Source of the DNA: Eledone cirrhosa
Taxonomy: Eukaryota
Assembly (NCBI GenBank): GCA_964016885.1
Contig: OZ024741.1
Coordinates: 240,498,001-240,562,000, forward strand
Length of the DNA: 64,000 bases
Reading direction: 5' to 3'
This document shows positions 52,155-64,000 of this stretch, piece by piece. Under the pieces are notes generated by a model. The model made no database searches. It was not told where the DNA came from and saw only the letters and a list, made by a program, of their open reading frames with translations. Position numbers and translations under genes: made by a program. Positions within the stretch are counted from its first letter, which is position 1. Each line of letters starts with the position of its first letter.

Positions 52155-52940
52155 GACATGGGTACTGAGAAAGTTATGTATGGAAGAATGGTTGGTTTAC
52201 GTGCTGATGGCAATGTATGAGAGAATACATACAGTCATAAAGACAAAGAGTAGGAACAGTGATGAGTTTGAAGTGAATCAGGAGTCAATATTAAGCCGAC
52301 TACTATTTGTGGTTGTGATGGAGGTACTGTATAAAGAAGGGTTTATCACGGGAGATGCTGTATGAAGATGACCTGGTGTTAATAGCAGAGAGTATGGATG
52401 AATTGAGGGATAAGAGGAATAGTTGGAAGCAAAAGGTATGAAGGAGAATATTGGAAACATGAAAGTGGTGACAAGTGGTAAAGCATATGGTGAGGTGTAA
52501 AGTGTGGAGGAAGCTACAAAATGAAGGGGACATTGAGATGGATCTTGGGAATGATATGAAGATGGAAGGTGTCAAAACATTTTGTTACCATGGATATATG
52601 TTGAATGGAGAAAGTAGATCAGACTCAGCTAGAGTGAAATGTGCATGGAAGAAGTTCTGGGAACTGAGTGTTGAGCTAATGAGAAGGGTTGTGTCCCTGA
52701 AACTGAAGAGAAAGGTGTATGCTACATGTGTGAAAAGTGCTAAGATTTATGGGACCAAGTCATGGGTGATAAATGTGGAGCAGCAGAGAAGGCTGGAAAG
52801 AATGAGGATGATGGAAATAGTCAGTGAGGAATGTTGTGAAGAGAAATTGAATGAAATGATTGGGTCATGTGTTGAGGAGGAAGGTGACTGAGTAATGAGA
52901 GGAGTGGTGGAAATGAATGTGGAAGGAAGAAGAGGAAGGG
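52155..52940 (+). mobile_element. Old RTE LINE RT fragment
   Basis: WVLRKL..EEWLV..MAMYE, QESILSRLLFVVVME, YEDDLV, ARVKCAWKKFWEL, KVYATCVKSAKIYG. Confidence 0.75.
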
Positions 52941-53489
52941 TAAATAAAAAGAATGGCCTTAAAACACTTGTTGAAAGATGAAAGGTGAAGTTGATCTTGA
53001 AATGATGTGAATGTAATGTATCAGCTAAATACTACATATTCTGTCCACTGCTGGATTTACCACCAAAGAAATATAGAAGAAATGTGAGAAAGATACTGTC
53101 TGTTGGTGTATCTCATACAAACCCATTGAGTTTAGATTCTTAATCAATCTGTTACCTGGTGCATAAATGTAATTTTCCCTTAGGATATTTACACAAATAA
53201 CTATCAATTGTAGTGAAGATACTGAGAAATTTCTCAAGTACTTTTCCAATTCTATAATGGATGGAATAAAAGTTGTAACTAAGTCCAATATATTATTGGG
53301 TAAAGCAACTTAGCAAGAACAATGTGGTGTTGCTGATGGCTAAAATTAAATGTTGACATTCAGTTTAACAAAGTTTAACAAAGATTTCATGCAGGGTAGA
53401 ATATTCAACTTTGATCCTAATACTAACCAAGTATTGCTGAAAACATATACATCTATGTATATGTGTCTTAATGCACCTTTCCCCATATC

Positions 53490-53805
53490 ATCATCGTCAT
53501 CATCATCATTTTACGTCCGCTTTTCCCTGCTTGCAAGGGGGGTAGGACGGGTCTTATTCAGCACATCATCTCTCCACTTGTCACGGTCCTCCGTCACCTC
53601 CACCGTGAGCTTCAGCGATCTGAGGTCTGTACTCACCACCTCCTCCCATGTTTTTCATGGTTTACCTCTACCACGTCTTCCTTCAACTGGGATTTCCTGG
53701 CACTTCTTCACCCATCAGTCATCCTCCATGCGCATCACATGTTCATACCACCGCAGTCTCCTCTCCCGCACACTACATTCTATCCCTCTCAGACACAGTT
53801 TCTCT
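53490..53805 (-). mobile_element. RTE LINE 3' fragment (similar fragments at ~30800-30955 +, ~31830-32070 -, ~61250-61570 -)
   Basis: RRLRWYEHVMRMEDD..VKKC..GRRGRGKP*KTWEEVV on the minus strand. Confidence 0.75.
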
Positions 53806-53963
53806 CTGGTCGTGCAGGTGCCACGGCAAAAAAGCACCCAGCACTCACTGTAAATGAGGTTGGTGTTAGGAAGGGCATCCAGCTGTAGAAATCAAGCCAG
53901 AATCAGTTCCCATCCCACCCTTGCAAGCAGGGAAAAAGTGGACGTAAAATGAAATGATGAAAA

Positions 53964-54001
<38 letters not shown>

Positions 54002-54442
54002 GATAAACGGAAAAAATGAAACGAAATTTCATTTCCCACTCTTAGCATATCGATTAACCCACTCGATATGCAAATTGGGCTACTCAGCCGTTAATATGCA
54101 TAAGGTAAGTATATACGTTCAACAATCTGGCAGGAAGGTATACGTTGCTGACGATAGATAATAAGCTTGAAACTAGTACACCGTTCCTTTGTCAGTGTTG
54201 AACAAACGAGCAACGATGGTTGCTAGACACTATGGCTTAATACGGGATGTTTGTTTACAAACACACCGAGCATTATAATAAATGTTCGGTGAATCCATAC
54301 GTACATATATATATGTGTGCATGTATATATATATACATACTACTGTACGTCTGTATACATATATGTATGAACGTGTACATACATATATTTAAGTAACAGC
54401 CGTACTAAGAGTGGGAAATGAAATTTCGTTCCATTTTTTCCG

Positions 54443-54885
<443 letters not shown>

Positions 54886-55240
54886 GATATATATATATAT
54901 ATATGATTAATAAGTCTGAGCAGATTGATACTGGAGTCAGGTCTATAACACATATTGACCTTGAGCAAATTAACTGTGAAACGTACATAGCTGGTAGATC
55001 ATCAATAAAAACGTTCATGTGAAACTTTGTCATGTTAAACTTAATATATATGGGCATGGATACATAGACACTCTGCTTTAGCATTGAGTGCTGATATTGC
55101 TACCACCTCTAGTAACCTACAAAATTACTGAATAACCTATATATATATATATATATATACACACTTGATGGCTGTTCACTTGTGTCCGAGGAAGACCATC
55201 ACTGATTTTTAAAATGAATCATTTATTTGCCAGTGTTTCT

Positions 55241-55472
55241 TTAACCCTTTTAATACCAATCTAATCAAAACTGGCTCTGGTTCTATGAAATAAATCCACC
55301 CATTTTAAAAGGTTTCTATTTAAATTAAAATCCACCAGCTTAATTTTATATAATAACCATATATAGAATTACTAGCTTAGAAATGAAATGATTAATTTTA
55401 GTAAATCCCTAAAAATTCTTTGGTAATTGAAATAGTGTATTTCATTAGAAATACAGTCTCAAAAGGGTTAAA
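55241..55472. mobile_element. Second TTAA/CCCTTT MITE family; relatives at ~8827-9058, ~29505-29761, ~11708-11900
   Basis: ttaaccctttt...aaaagggttaa termini. Confidence 0.6.
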
Positions 55473-56796
55473 CCAGCCAAACTCCTACATGTCTTTTAGA
55501 AGACCTTACAAACAAAGCTGTATATGTGCACATCAGTATGCAGAAGTGCATTCTGATGTTTAGAACTACATCTTTTTAATCTACTCATAGATTTGTAAAC
55601 CTTCCCACATAAATTGTACAATATGTAACTCATCATGACCATGTATGTTGTCCAATGGTTTAGGTTACACTTATTGCTAATCTAAAACTGGTTTAACTCT
55701 TTAGCATTTAAACCGGCCATATCTGGCCAGAATTCTCTCACCTCTTTTTCAAACCAGCCATAACTGGCTGCTCATACTGATGTTAAGGTATTTTTCTCAA
55801 AATAAATAATATCAAAATCTCATAGATTCGATATTATGTGAGGTAAAGCCTTTACCATGAAAGTACAATAGTATATATAGAGTAATATAAATGCTAAGGG
55901 TTAATGTCTCTCTGTAGACGAAGCATTGGATAATTAATTGAGCATTTGGGCCCTTGTTTTGAAATTGATGAGAGTCCATCCTATCTACACCATATATACT
56001 CATGTATAAGCTGTATCTTTCACCATAAAAAATACATACATACACCCCACCCCACCAGCACAACTCCACTCAATATATATGGTACATTGTAAATGTATGT
56101 CAAAAGGTGTGATTTATGGTATATATATGTGCTGGAAAAGACCTGTCCAACCCATGCAAACATGGAAGAGCAGATGTATGATGATGATGATGATGATGTA
56201 TATATTCATGCCATATGAAAAAACAGACATAAAATGATGTTGATGATGACATCATGTAGTTTTATTGCAAGATACAATAATTCTGGATTTAAGATTTAAA
56301 GAAAAATTGAAAAGAATTCATCATGATAGAATAAATATAACTTAACAGAAGAACTCTTGGATTATTTCTTTTAATTTAGAACAAATTGAAGAATTTTGTT
56401 AAGCCCATATAGAAACGTTTGTATATATCTGTATGGCAACTACAGGCATATATGAACATATATGGAGTGCTATAATGTTATAATATTAATAAAAAAAAAA
56501 TGTAGATTTTTCTATGAAAACATCACATCAAACAAGTTTATCGAATGTCAACTGGAATGAAATAAAAAGTGAGTCTGTTGGAGTATTGAATTCTTTCTGT
56601 GATAACATTCAATATTGTTGACATTTTGTTAGGTGAGCATTGACGTTAGGTGTGTGTGTGTGTGAGTAAATAGCTAAGATTATATCTATTTACATATAAT
56701 AATGTTTATGCCTTTCTTCTGTATGTGTGTGTGGGAGTGTGTAGTTATCTATAGGTGTGTATGCATTTATCTGCAGCTGTGTACATCTATCGGTAG

Positions 56797-56841
<45 letters not shown>

Positions 56842-57060
56842 TGAGATTCTACAGGACTAGAACTGTTTCATTCTTTAGAATGATACATGTTATATACAGT
56901 GAACTTTTTTAAATTTATTTTAAAACCTTTTTCTTATTTGCTTAACCTTGATTATATATATATATATATATATATATGTTCCTATTACCCACTCTACTAC
57001 CCTAAGTATTGAGTACTTTGGTGCGTTATGGTCCACCTGGTTCCTTACCACATTTCCTTC

Positions 57061-57105
<45 letters not shown>

Positions 57106-57272
57106 TGTAAATGTGGTTGGTGTTAGGAAGGGCATCCAACTGTAGAAAACCTGCCAGACAGTCCTATGCGAGCAAGACAATCACTCTTGCCTCAAGTGGG
57201 AATACCCCCGTCCAAACCCATGCAAGCGTGGAACACGGACGTTAAACGTTGATGATGATGATGATGATGATG

Positions 57273-57351
<79 letters not shown>

Positions 57352-58435
57352 TTTAGTTAGATAGAGAGGTGGGGGAGATATAAGGTGGCAAATTGGCAGA
57401 GTCGTTAGAACATCAGATAGAATGATTTGCGGCTTTTGTTCTTTTGTTCTGGCTCTCTAAACTCAGAGTTCAAATACTGCCAAGGTCAACTTGACATTTC
57501 ATCCTTCCAAGGTCGATAAAAAAAGTACCAGTTTTGTACCAGGGTCGATTTTTTATCTATATCGCTTTCTCACTTCCTCTCTCTTATTCTCTGCAAGAAA
57601 TTGGTTGTGTTCAGACCGTGAGAGGGATGGGCTCTGCAAGGTTTAAAATGTCCAAAACATACCATATGTCATAACAGTATCTCTACGACTTCATCAGTGT
57701 TATAGGTCTATACATAAATATATGTTAGACAGCAAATTGGCAGAATACTTAGATGGTTGAATAGCAAGCCTTCTTTTATTCATTCCTGGTTTCTGCACTC
57801 TGATTTTAAGTCCCACTGAGGTCAACTTTGCGATAAAGTACCAGTGTAGTACTGAGATCGCTTCTGCTTCTTTTTCTCTCTCCTTAACTCTCTTGAAGAG
57901 ATTGACCATGTTCTGACATAGAGAGAGAGATGGGCTTCATCAGGTTTAACCCTTTTACATGACAAAAAACACCAACTTCACCATGTAAAGTAGTGCTGGT
58001 GCCACAAAAGAAGCTCTCTGTACATGCTGTAATGTGGCTGGCATTCGGAAGGGCATCCAACTATAGAAAGCAAGCTAAAAATGGATCATATGAGCAAGAT
58101 GTGATCACTTGACCTGTCTCAATTCATAATGTGACAGCCCTTCTAACCTACGGAAGCATGGCAAATAGATGTTAAACAATGATGGTGAGGATAATGAAAT
58201 ATACTATATTTGAATTAATTAATGAAAAATTTGGAGGGATTTACCAAAATAATTATTTTATTAACCCTTAAGTGTTTACATTACTCTATATTTACTATTG
58301 TATTTTCATGGTAAAGGCTTTACCTTACTTAATTATCTCACATAATATCGAATCTATGAGATATTGATGTTATATATTTTGAGAACAATACCTCAACATC
58401 AGTATGAGCGGCTGGTTACAGCTGGTTTGAACAGG

Positions 58436-58700
58436 GCACTTTTTGAATTCTATGTGTCTAACATCCATGGACATACTTACAAAATCAGAAAACAGTGGAG
58501 CTCCCATAACTTTCAGAAACATTTTTTCACACTCCGAGTTTCTGAAGCATGGAATAAACTGCCTGCATCAGTTGTTAGCTGTCAGGACACTGCATCCTTA
58601 AAAAATTCCATACTTCCTGAAATTCGCCAACACTACACCTGATATTCTCCCTCCATACACACACACAAACACATGCATATGTGTGTCTGTATTGTATACC
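58436..58700 (+). mobile_element. CR1-clade LINE 3' fragment
   Basis: HGHTYKIRKQ..HFFTLRVSEAWNKLPASVV matches the CR1 ORF2 C-terminal signature. Confidence 0.75.
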
Positions 58701-58734
58701 ATGATTCATACGCTGTTCACTTTCCTGACTTTTT

Positions 58735-59369
58735 GGATTGGCAGTATCAGTAGAGGGTCGGACGTCATGCTTTGACGCATAGAGTTACCTCCCTTTATGA
58801 TCTGAGTTCAAATCCCGCCGAGGTTAACTTTGCCTTTCATCCTTACGGGGTCGATAAAATAAAGTACTAGTAATGTACTGGGTAATTGCTGGCCTTGTGC
58901 CAAAAGTAGAAACAATTATAATTTAAACGGAAAAAATGAAACGAAATTTCATTTCCCACTCTTAGTACGGCTGTTACGTGTACATATAATTATTATTTAA
59001 ATTAGAGGGGGTGGATTGGCAGTATCGATAGAGGGTCGGACGCCATGCTTTGACGCATAGAGTTACGGCCCTTGCCATTCTGAGTTCAAATCCCGCCGGG
59101 GTTAACTTTGCCTTTCATCCTACGGGGTCGATAAAATAAAGTACCAGTAATGCACTGAGTAATTGCTGGCCTTGTGCCAAAAGTAGAAACAATTATTTAA
59201 ATTAGAGGGTTGGACGCCATGCTTTCCAGCATAGTTACGCCCCTTTACGATCTGAGTTCAAATCCCGCCGAGGTTAACTTTGCCTTTCATCCTTACGGGG
59301 TCGATAAAATAAAGTACCAGTAATGCACTGGGTATGTGCTGGCCTTGTGCCTAAAGTAGAAACAATTAT
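58735..59369 (+). mobile_element. Cluster of three SINE family 1 copies (another at ~61649-61805)
   Basis: Three consensus units; attatttaaatta repeated at the junctions. Confidence 0.9.
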
Positions 59370-59755
59370 TTAAATTATGTTGAAATATTTTAATTTAAAA
59401 TGGGTGGTTTCATTTCATTGAACCAGAGGTAGTTTTGACTGGATTTGTATTAAATATAAAAATAGCTATGATACAGCCTATGTTGGTGTCTTTACAACTC
59501 CATCAGAAGTTCAGTGACTATAGATTATTGGGATATATATATGTAATTAGGTTCATGTGGGTGTGTCTTTGTAGTTATGAGCATGTTCATGTAGTTGGGT
59601 GTATATATTTATAATGTGCGTGTGTGTTTGTAGTTATATGCATGTGAACATGTATATCTGTAGTTATGTATAGATGTGACTACATATCTGTATGTATCGG
59701 TACATATCTCTGTGCGTATCTATACATATCTGTGTGTGTGTGTGTATCTATACAC

Positions 59756-59799
<44 letters not shown>

Positions 59800-60208
59800 G
59801 TCCATAGATATCTCTTTGATGCATCTCTGTGTACGAGTGTGTTTGTATGTAGATACATCTGTCTGTAAGCAAAGTGTGTATGCATCCTTATATATATGTA
59901 TGCATCTAGGTGGATACGTGTGTGAGCATGTGTTTAAGCAAATGTATTGTAAATCGTTTGAATTCAACAGAAACAACAAAAACAATAACAGAAACCAAAA
60001 CAACTACAATAACAACAAAAATAATACAAAGAACAATAAATTTAGTGATAGAAAAAAGTAAAATCTACCAAGAAAAAAACACAAACAATGATAAAGATGA
60101 AACAAAGACAAAACAACGAAATCAATAAAGAGAACTTGTGGAAGAGATTACTTTTATCTTTAAAAAAATGTTGATTTCTGATATAACTAACACCTGTATA
60201 TGTATATA

Positions 60209-60537
60209 CAGTTGTCTCCCGGTATTCCCCTGGGTTACGGTCCTAGAGCTCCTGCGAAAAGTGAAAAACCGCGAATATTGGACATGATCTAGAAATGCCT
60301 ATAAACGTCAAAATATAACGTAAAATATAATAATAAAATAAAGAGGCAGAGCCCAATAGGCCGGCAAATACGGTATATTGTTGTTAATAATTTAGTGTTT
60401 AAAAATATATATTGCCACGAAAAAAGCCATTAAAAAAAATCGCGGAAGATATTTACAATCCCGCGTATATGGGGTGGTTTCCACGAACAATTATTAGTTA
60501 GGTGTCTAAGGGAAATTCCGGGAATGCCGGGGGTACA
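60209..60537. mobile_element. Tigger/pogo-like MITE remnant
   Basis: Starts TA|CAGTTGTCTCCCGGTATTCCC, with an imperfect inverted end GGGAATGCCGGGGGTACAC; CpG-rich. Confidence 0.5.
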
Positions 60538-60551
60538 CACACTCTCTCTCG

Positions 60552-60584
<33 letters not shown>

Positions 60585-63189
60585 GGTTTGAGGTTCACCA
60601 CTGTATAGAGCTGGTCTATTCCGTATGGTCAATCGTAATGCAATAATATAGAGAGTACTCAACGTAAGGCAGTTCAATTATATATATATATATATATATA
60701 AATATATATTACTTGTGTAGATTTACACATGGTGTATATACCAGTTGTGTAGATTTATGTTGACGTATGTGTAGATTTCCTAAAACAAAACAGCAAGTTT
60801 TAATGAAAGCAGTAAAGTAATGTTGAGTTGTTTCCCTTTGATCTGGTTAATATTTTCGCCTCTTGAAGTGATAAATTTCTTGATAAGAGTCGGTCGTGTT
60901 ATTTAGCCAGTCCTCGAGCGACCCTGAAAAAACAAATCTATGTTCTATGGTATTCCAACCAGAACCATCTCGTCTTTTATATATATTAGAGACTACTGTG
61001 TTCAATGTACACTGGTCGAACCTTTTAAATCTACATTTTCTTAAGGGTTAGTTTTAGTTTTTAGGCTTTTTTTCCAAGGTAGTGCAATTTGGTTGCTATT
61101 TCTGTTAAGCTGGTCGGACGTTTATTGGAGAATATATTGAGGATAGTAAAGGATAAAGAAAATTGTACTGGGTTAGATCTATAAGTGTAACAAGATTGCA
61201 CAAAACTTCAGTGAATTCTGGCAAAAAATTTGACTTTCACTGCTTCCACTCAAGCCTGCATCTTCTTTCCATTGGGATTTCTTGGCACTTCTTCACCAAG
61301 TGATCATCATCCATATGCATCACATACCCATGCCAGTGCAGTCGTCTCTGTTACACACTACAGTTGATTTCTCTTACACTCAGTTTTTCTCTCACTTCAT
61401 CGATGCTTCATTGTTCACACACATTGACATTGCACATTCATCGAAGTATGCCTAGTTAATTAATCTCCAGTCTTCATAGTTTCTTTGTATTCACTGTCTA
61501 AGTTTCACTACCATGCAACATCACTCATTGAGTATATGGCCGACCGTTCGTTCATAGAGAGAAGCCTTTTCTTGTCATCAAACATTCCTTGTCATTGTTA
61601 ACATTATATTTATGTCCCCTTATATTTATCCCAGGGGGGGGGGGGGGCGTTGGCAGTATCGGTAGAGGGTCGGATGCAGCATAGAGTCTGAGTTCAAATC
61701 CCGCCAAGGTTAACTTTACATTTCATCCATATGGGGTTGATCAACTAAAGCACCAGTAATGCACTGGGATAATTGCTGGCCTTGTGCCAAAAGTAGAAAC
61801 AATTATATTTATGTTCCCTTTTATATTGATGATATTAATTGGACAAAGTTTTTTTGAGGCAAAATTCTATGGCTTTTTTTAAGCCAACATTCTTGCAAGT
61901 TAATGGCATTGACAAAATACTTGGTGGTATTTAATTATACCCTGTAGTTTAAAGCCTGCCAAGATGAATTTTTCTTAGGTTGATTGAAAAATTCCTGTTC
62001 TTCATCTTCTATTGCATGGGTCAGCAACAGGTAGGTTGTGGTCCACTAATATGCCATTAAAGTGTTCTCTCTGTGTCTCAGACCTTTTCAAAGTTTTTCA
62101 TGTAAGATATGACATAATATACATGTAGACCATGGGCAATACTAAAAATATCAAAAGTATGCTGTAACACAAAGAATTTACTCATCACTGTTCTGAAATA
62201 ATTTTATTCAGATCTACGATATTATAGTCCAGCTACTTTCCTTGCCTTCATAACCTTAATGGCCATTTCAACTATACAACTGTCAACCTTGATAGTAGGT
62301 CCCTCTCTGTTCTTTCACTCCTCTTTCTTCCACACATTATTCCTATTCAACAACCTTTTCTAATAATATTTCTAAGCACACTTCTTAGTCTCAGTACACC
62401 TCTGTCATTTTATACACATTTTCTCCGGCAATGTCTTCATTCACACTGACAGACTGCTTTTCAATTTGAAACACCTCATGTCCTCTCAACACAGAATACT
62501 GGCAAGCTCCTTGCTTTCATTTTTTTCTCCAAACCTGATACCTAGCTTTTTTTTCTAGCAACTTGATATCTTTGTTTGCTACCCATTTTTATCCAGTCTT
62601 TGCATGCTTTTCATTTTAGCTTGTATGTCTCTATCTATAATACTATTTCACTATCATGATATGTTTTTGTCTAGTTAATACCTTACACTAATAATAGATC
62701 TGTTCTGTGGCTTCAGTCATCTCCTACGTTTCCTGTGATTTCTATCCTCACCTTCTAAATAAACACATCACTTAGAACTTCTCTGAAATTACATTTAACA
62801 ATTTCCACACCTTCCACTCCAGATTAGGTTATGCCTTTAACTCTATCTAGCTCATCCTCTAAGGCTGCTTATGACTAGTTTATATTGGGTTATACATTCT
62901 TCTCCAGGAAAAGACTTAGTATTCACAACCACCTACATATCTTGATTCCTGATCAGTCTGAAGTTAATCAGCCTTCTGTTTTCACCTGATTGGAAGGTGA
63001 TAAAGTGGCTAGCTTGGCTGGCTAGTTTTTTGAAGTTAGTGTTGAAAATAGTTAGATTATTAGTATCGCATAACACCCAAGAACCAATCACATTTTAGTA
63101 CTGTAGGGGCAAAAGGTGACAGATTTTGAGAATTAGATTAAATCAACATAAGTATTTCGTTGTTGCTCATCACATGAACATTGGAGCAG

Positions 63190-63830
63190 TAAGTAGCAAA
63201 TGACCTCAGGAAACAAGCATTATCAAATTCTGGGAGGTTTGGTAGAAGTGGTAGACAGCTTTTGCTACATAGGTGACCAAATTAGCAGCATAGGTGGGTG
63301 TTTTGAAAGTACAGTAGCCAGAATGAGGACAGGATGGAAGACGTTCATGGAGCTACTACCACTGCAAGCTACAAGAGGCTTTTCCCTCAAAATGAAAGGC
63401 TGACTGTATGACATGTGTATACGAGCAGCAATGTTGCATGTTAGTGAGACCTGGACATTGTGTGCAGAAGACTTGTGTAGAAGACTTGGAAAGAAGTGAA
63501 GCTTGCATGCCTGGATGGATGTGTAATAATAACATACGTGAATGGCAAAGCATAAACGAACTGAGAGAGAAACTAGGCATAAAAGGAATCAGACGCAGTG
63601 TGCAGGAGAAGAGATTGCGTTGGTATGGACATGTGATGCATATGAAGGATGACAGCTGTATAAAAAGGTGAAGATCAAAGTTGATGGAAGCTATGGAGTA
63701 GGGAGGACTGACTTGGGATGAGGTGATAAAAGCTGACCTTGCACAACTGCACCTCTCAAAGGCCAAGGTCTCTGTAATTATGCAGTAATACAGAAGACCT
63801 GCCTTCCCTTGAACACAGGCTGAAGCATAC
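63190..63830 (+). mobile_element. RTE LINE fragment
   Basis: EVVDSFCYIGDQISS.GGC..ARMRTGW..F.ELLPL...KRLRWYGHVMHM. Confidence 0.8.
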
Positions 63831-64000
63831 ATATAGTATTCACCTCTATCCTCTTTCATACACCTACCATGTGCTCAAGCTGAAGTATACATCTGGTATG
63901 CACCTTCATCCTTCCATTCCATACATCTTCCATACATCCTCACACACACCCATATATCCACCTCCCTAATACTCACACACCCTTCCCACCAATGCCCCCA

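Overview
Eukaryotic, AT-rich, microsatellite- and SINE-dense DNA, most likely an octopus or other coleoid cephalopod genome (inferred from the protocadherin type and the repeat families). There is one host gene, a minus-strand protocadherin. Its large exon (48364-50809) encodes a signal peptide, six cadherin repeats and a TM helix. It splices in frame to a cytoplasmic exon (44355-44595) with a duplicated motif ending in YEEI, and there are several candidate alternative terminal exons further down (36613, 29451, 3977). The rest is repeats. Two decayed copies of a compact GC-rich Ty3/Gypsy element face each other as a ~3.5 kb inverted repeat; they carry a conserved -1 frameshift signal and no canonical tRNA primer site, and the second copy is nested in an R4-like LINE. 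Penelope-like remnants carry hammerhead ribozyme motifs and fold-back structure. Also present are a ~4.3 kb 49-bp satellite, RTE/CR1 LINE fragments, two tRNA-derived SINE families and TTAA MITEs. Almost all ORFs in the supplied track are spurious or transposon-derived. Repeat boundaries are approximate and were read by eye.
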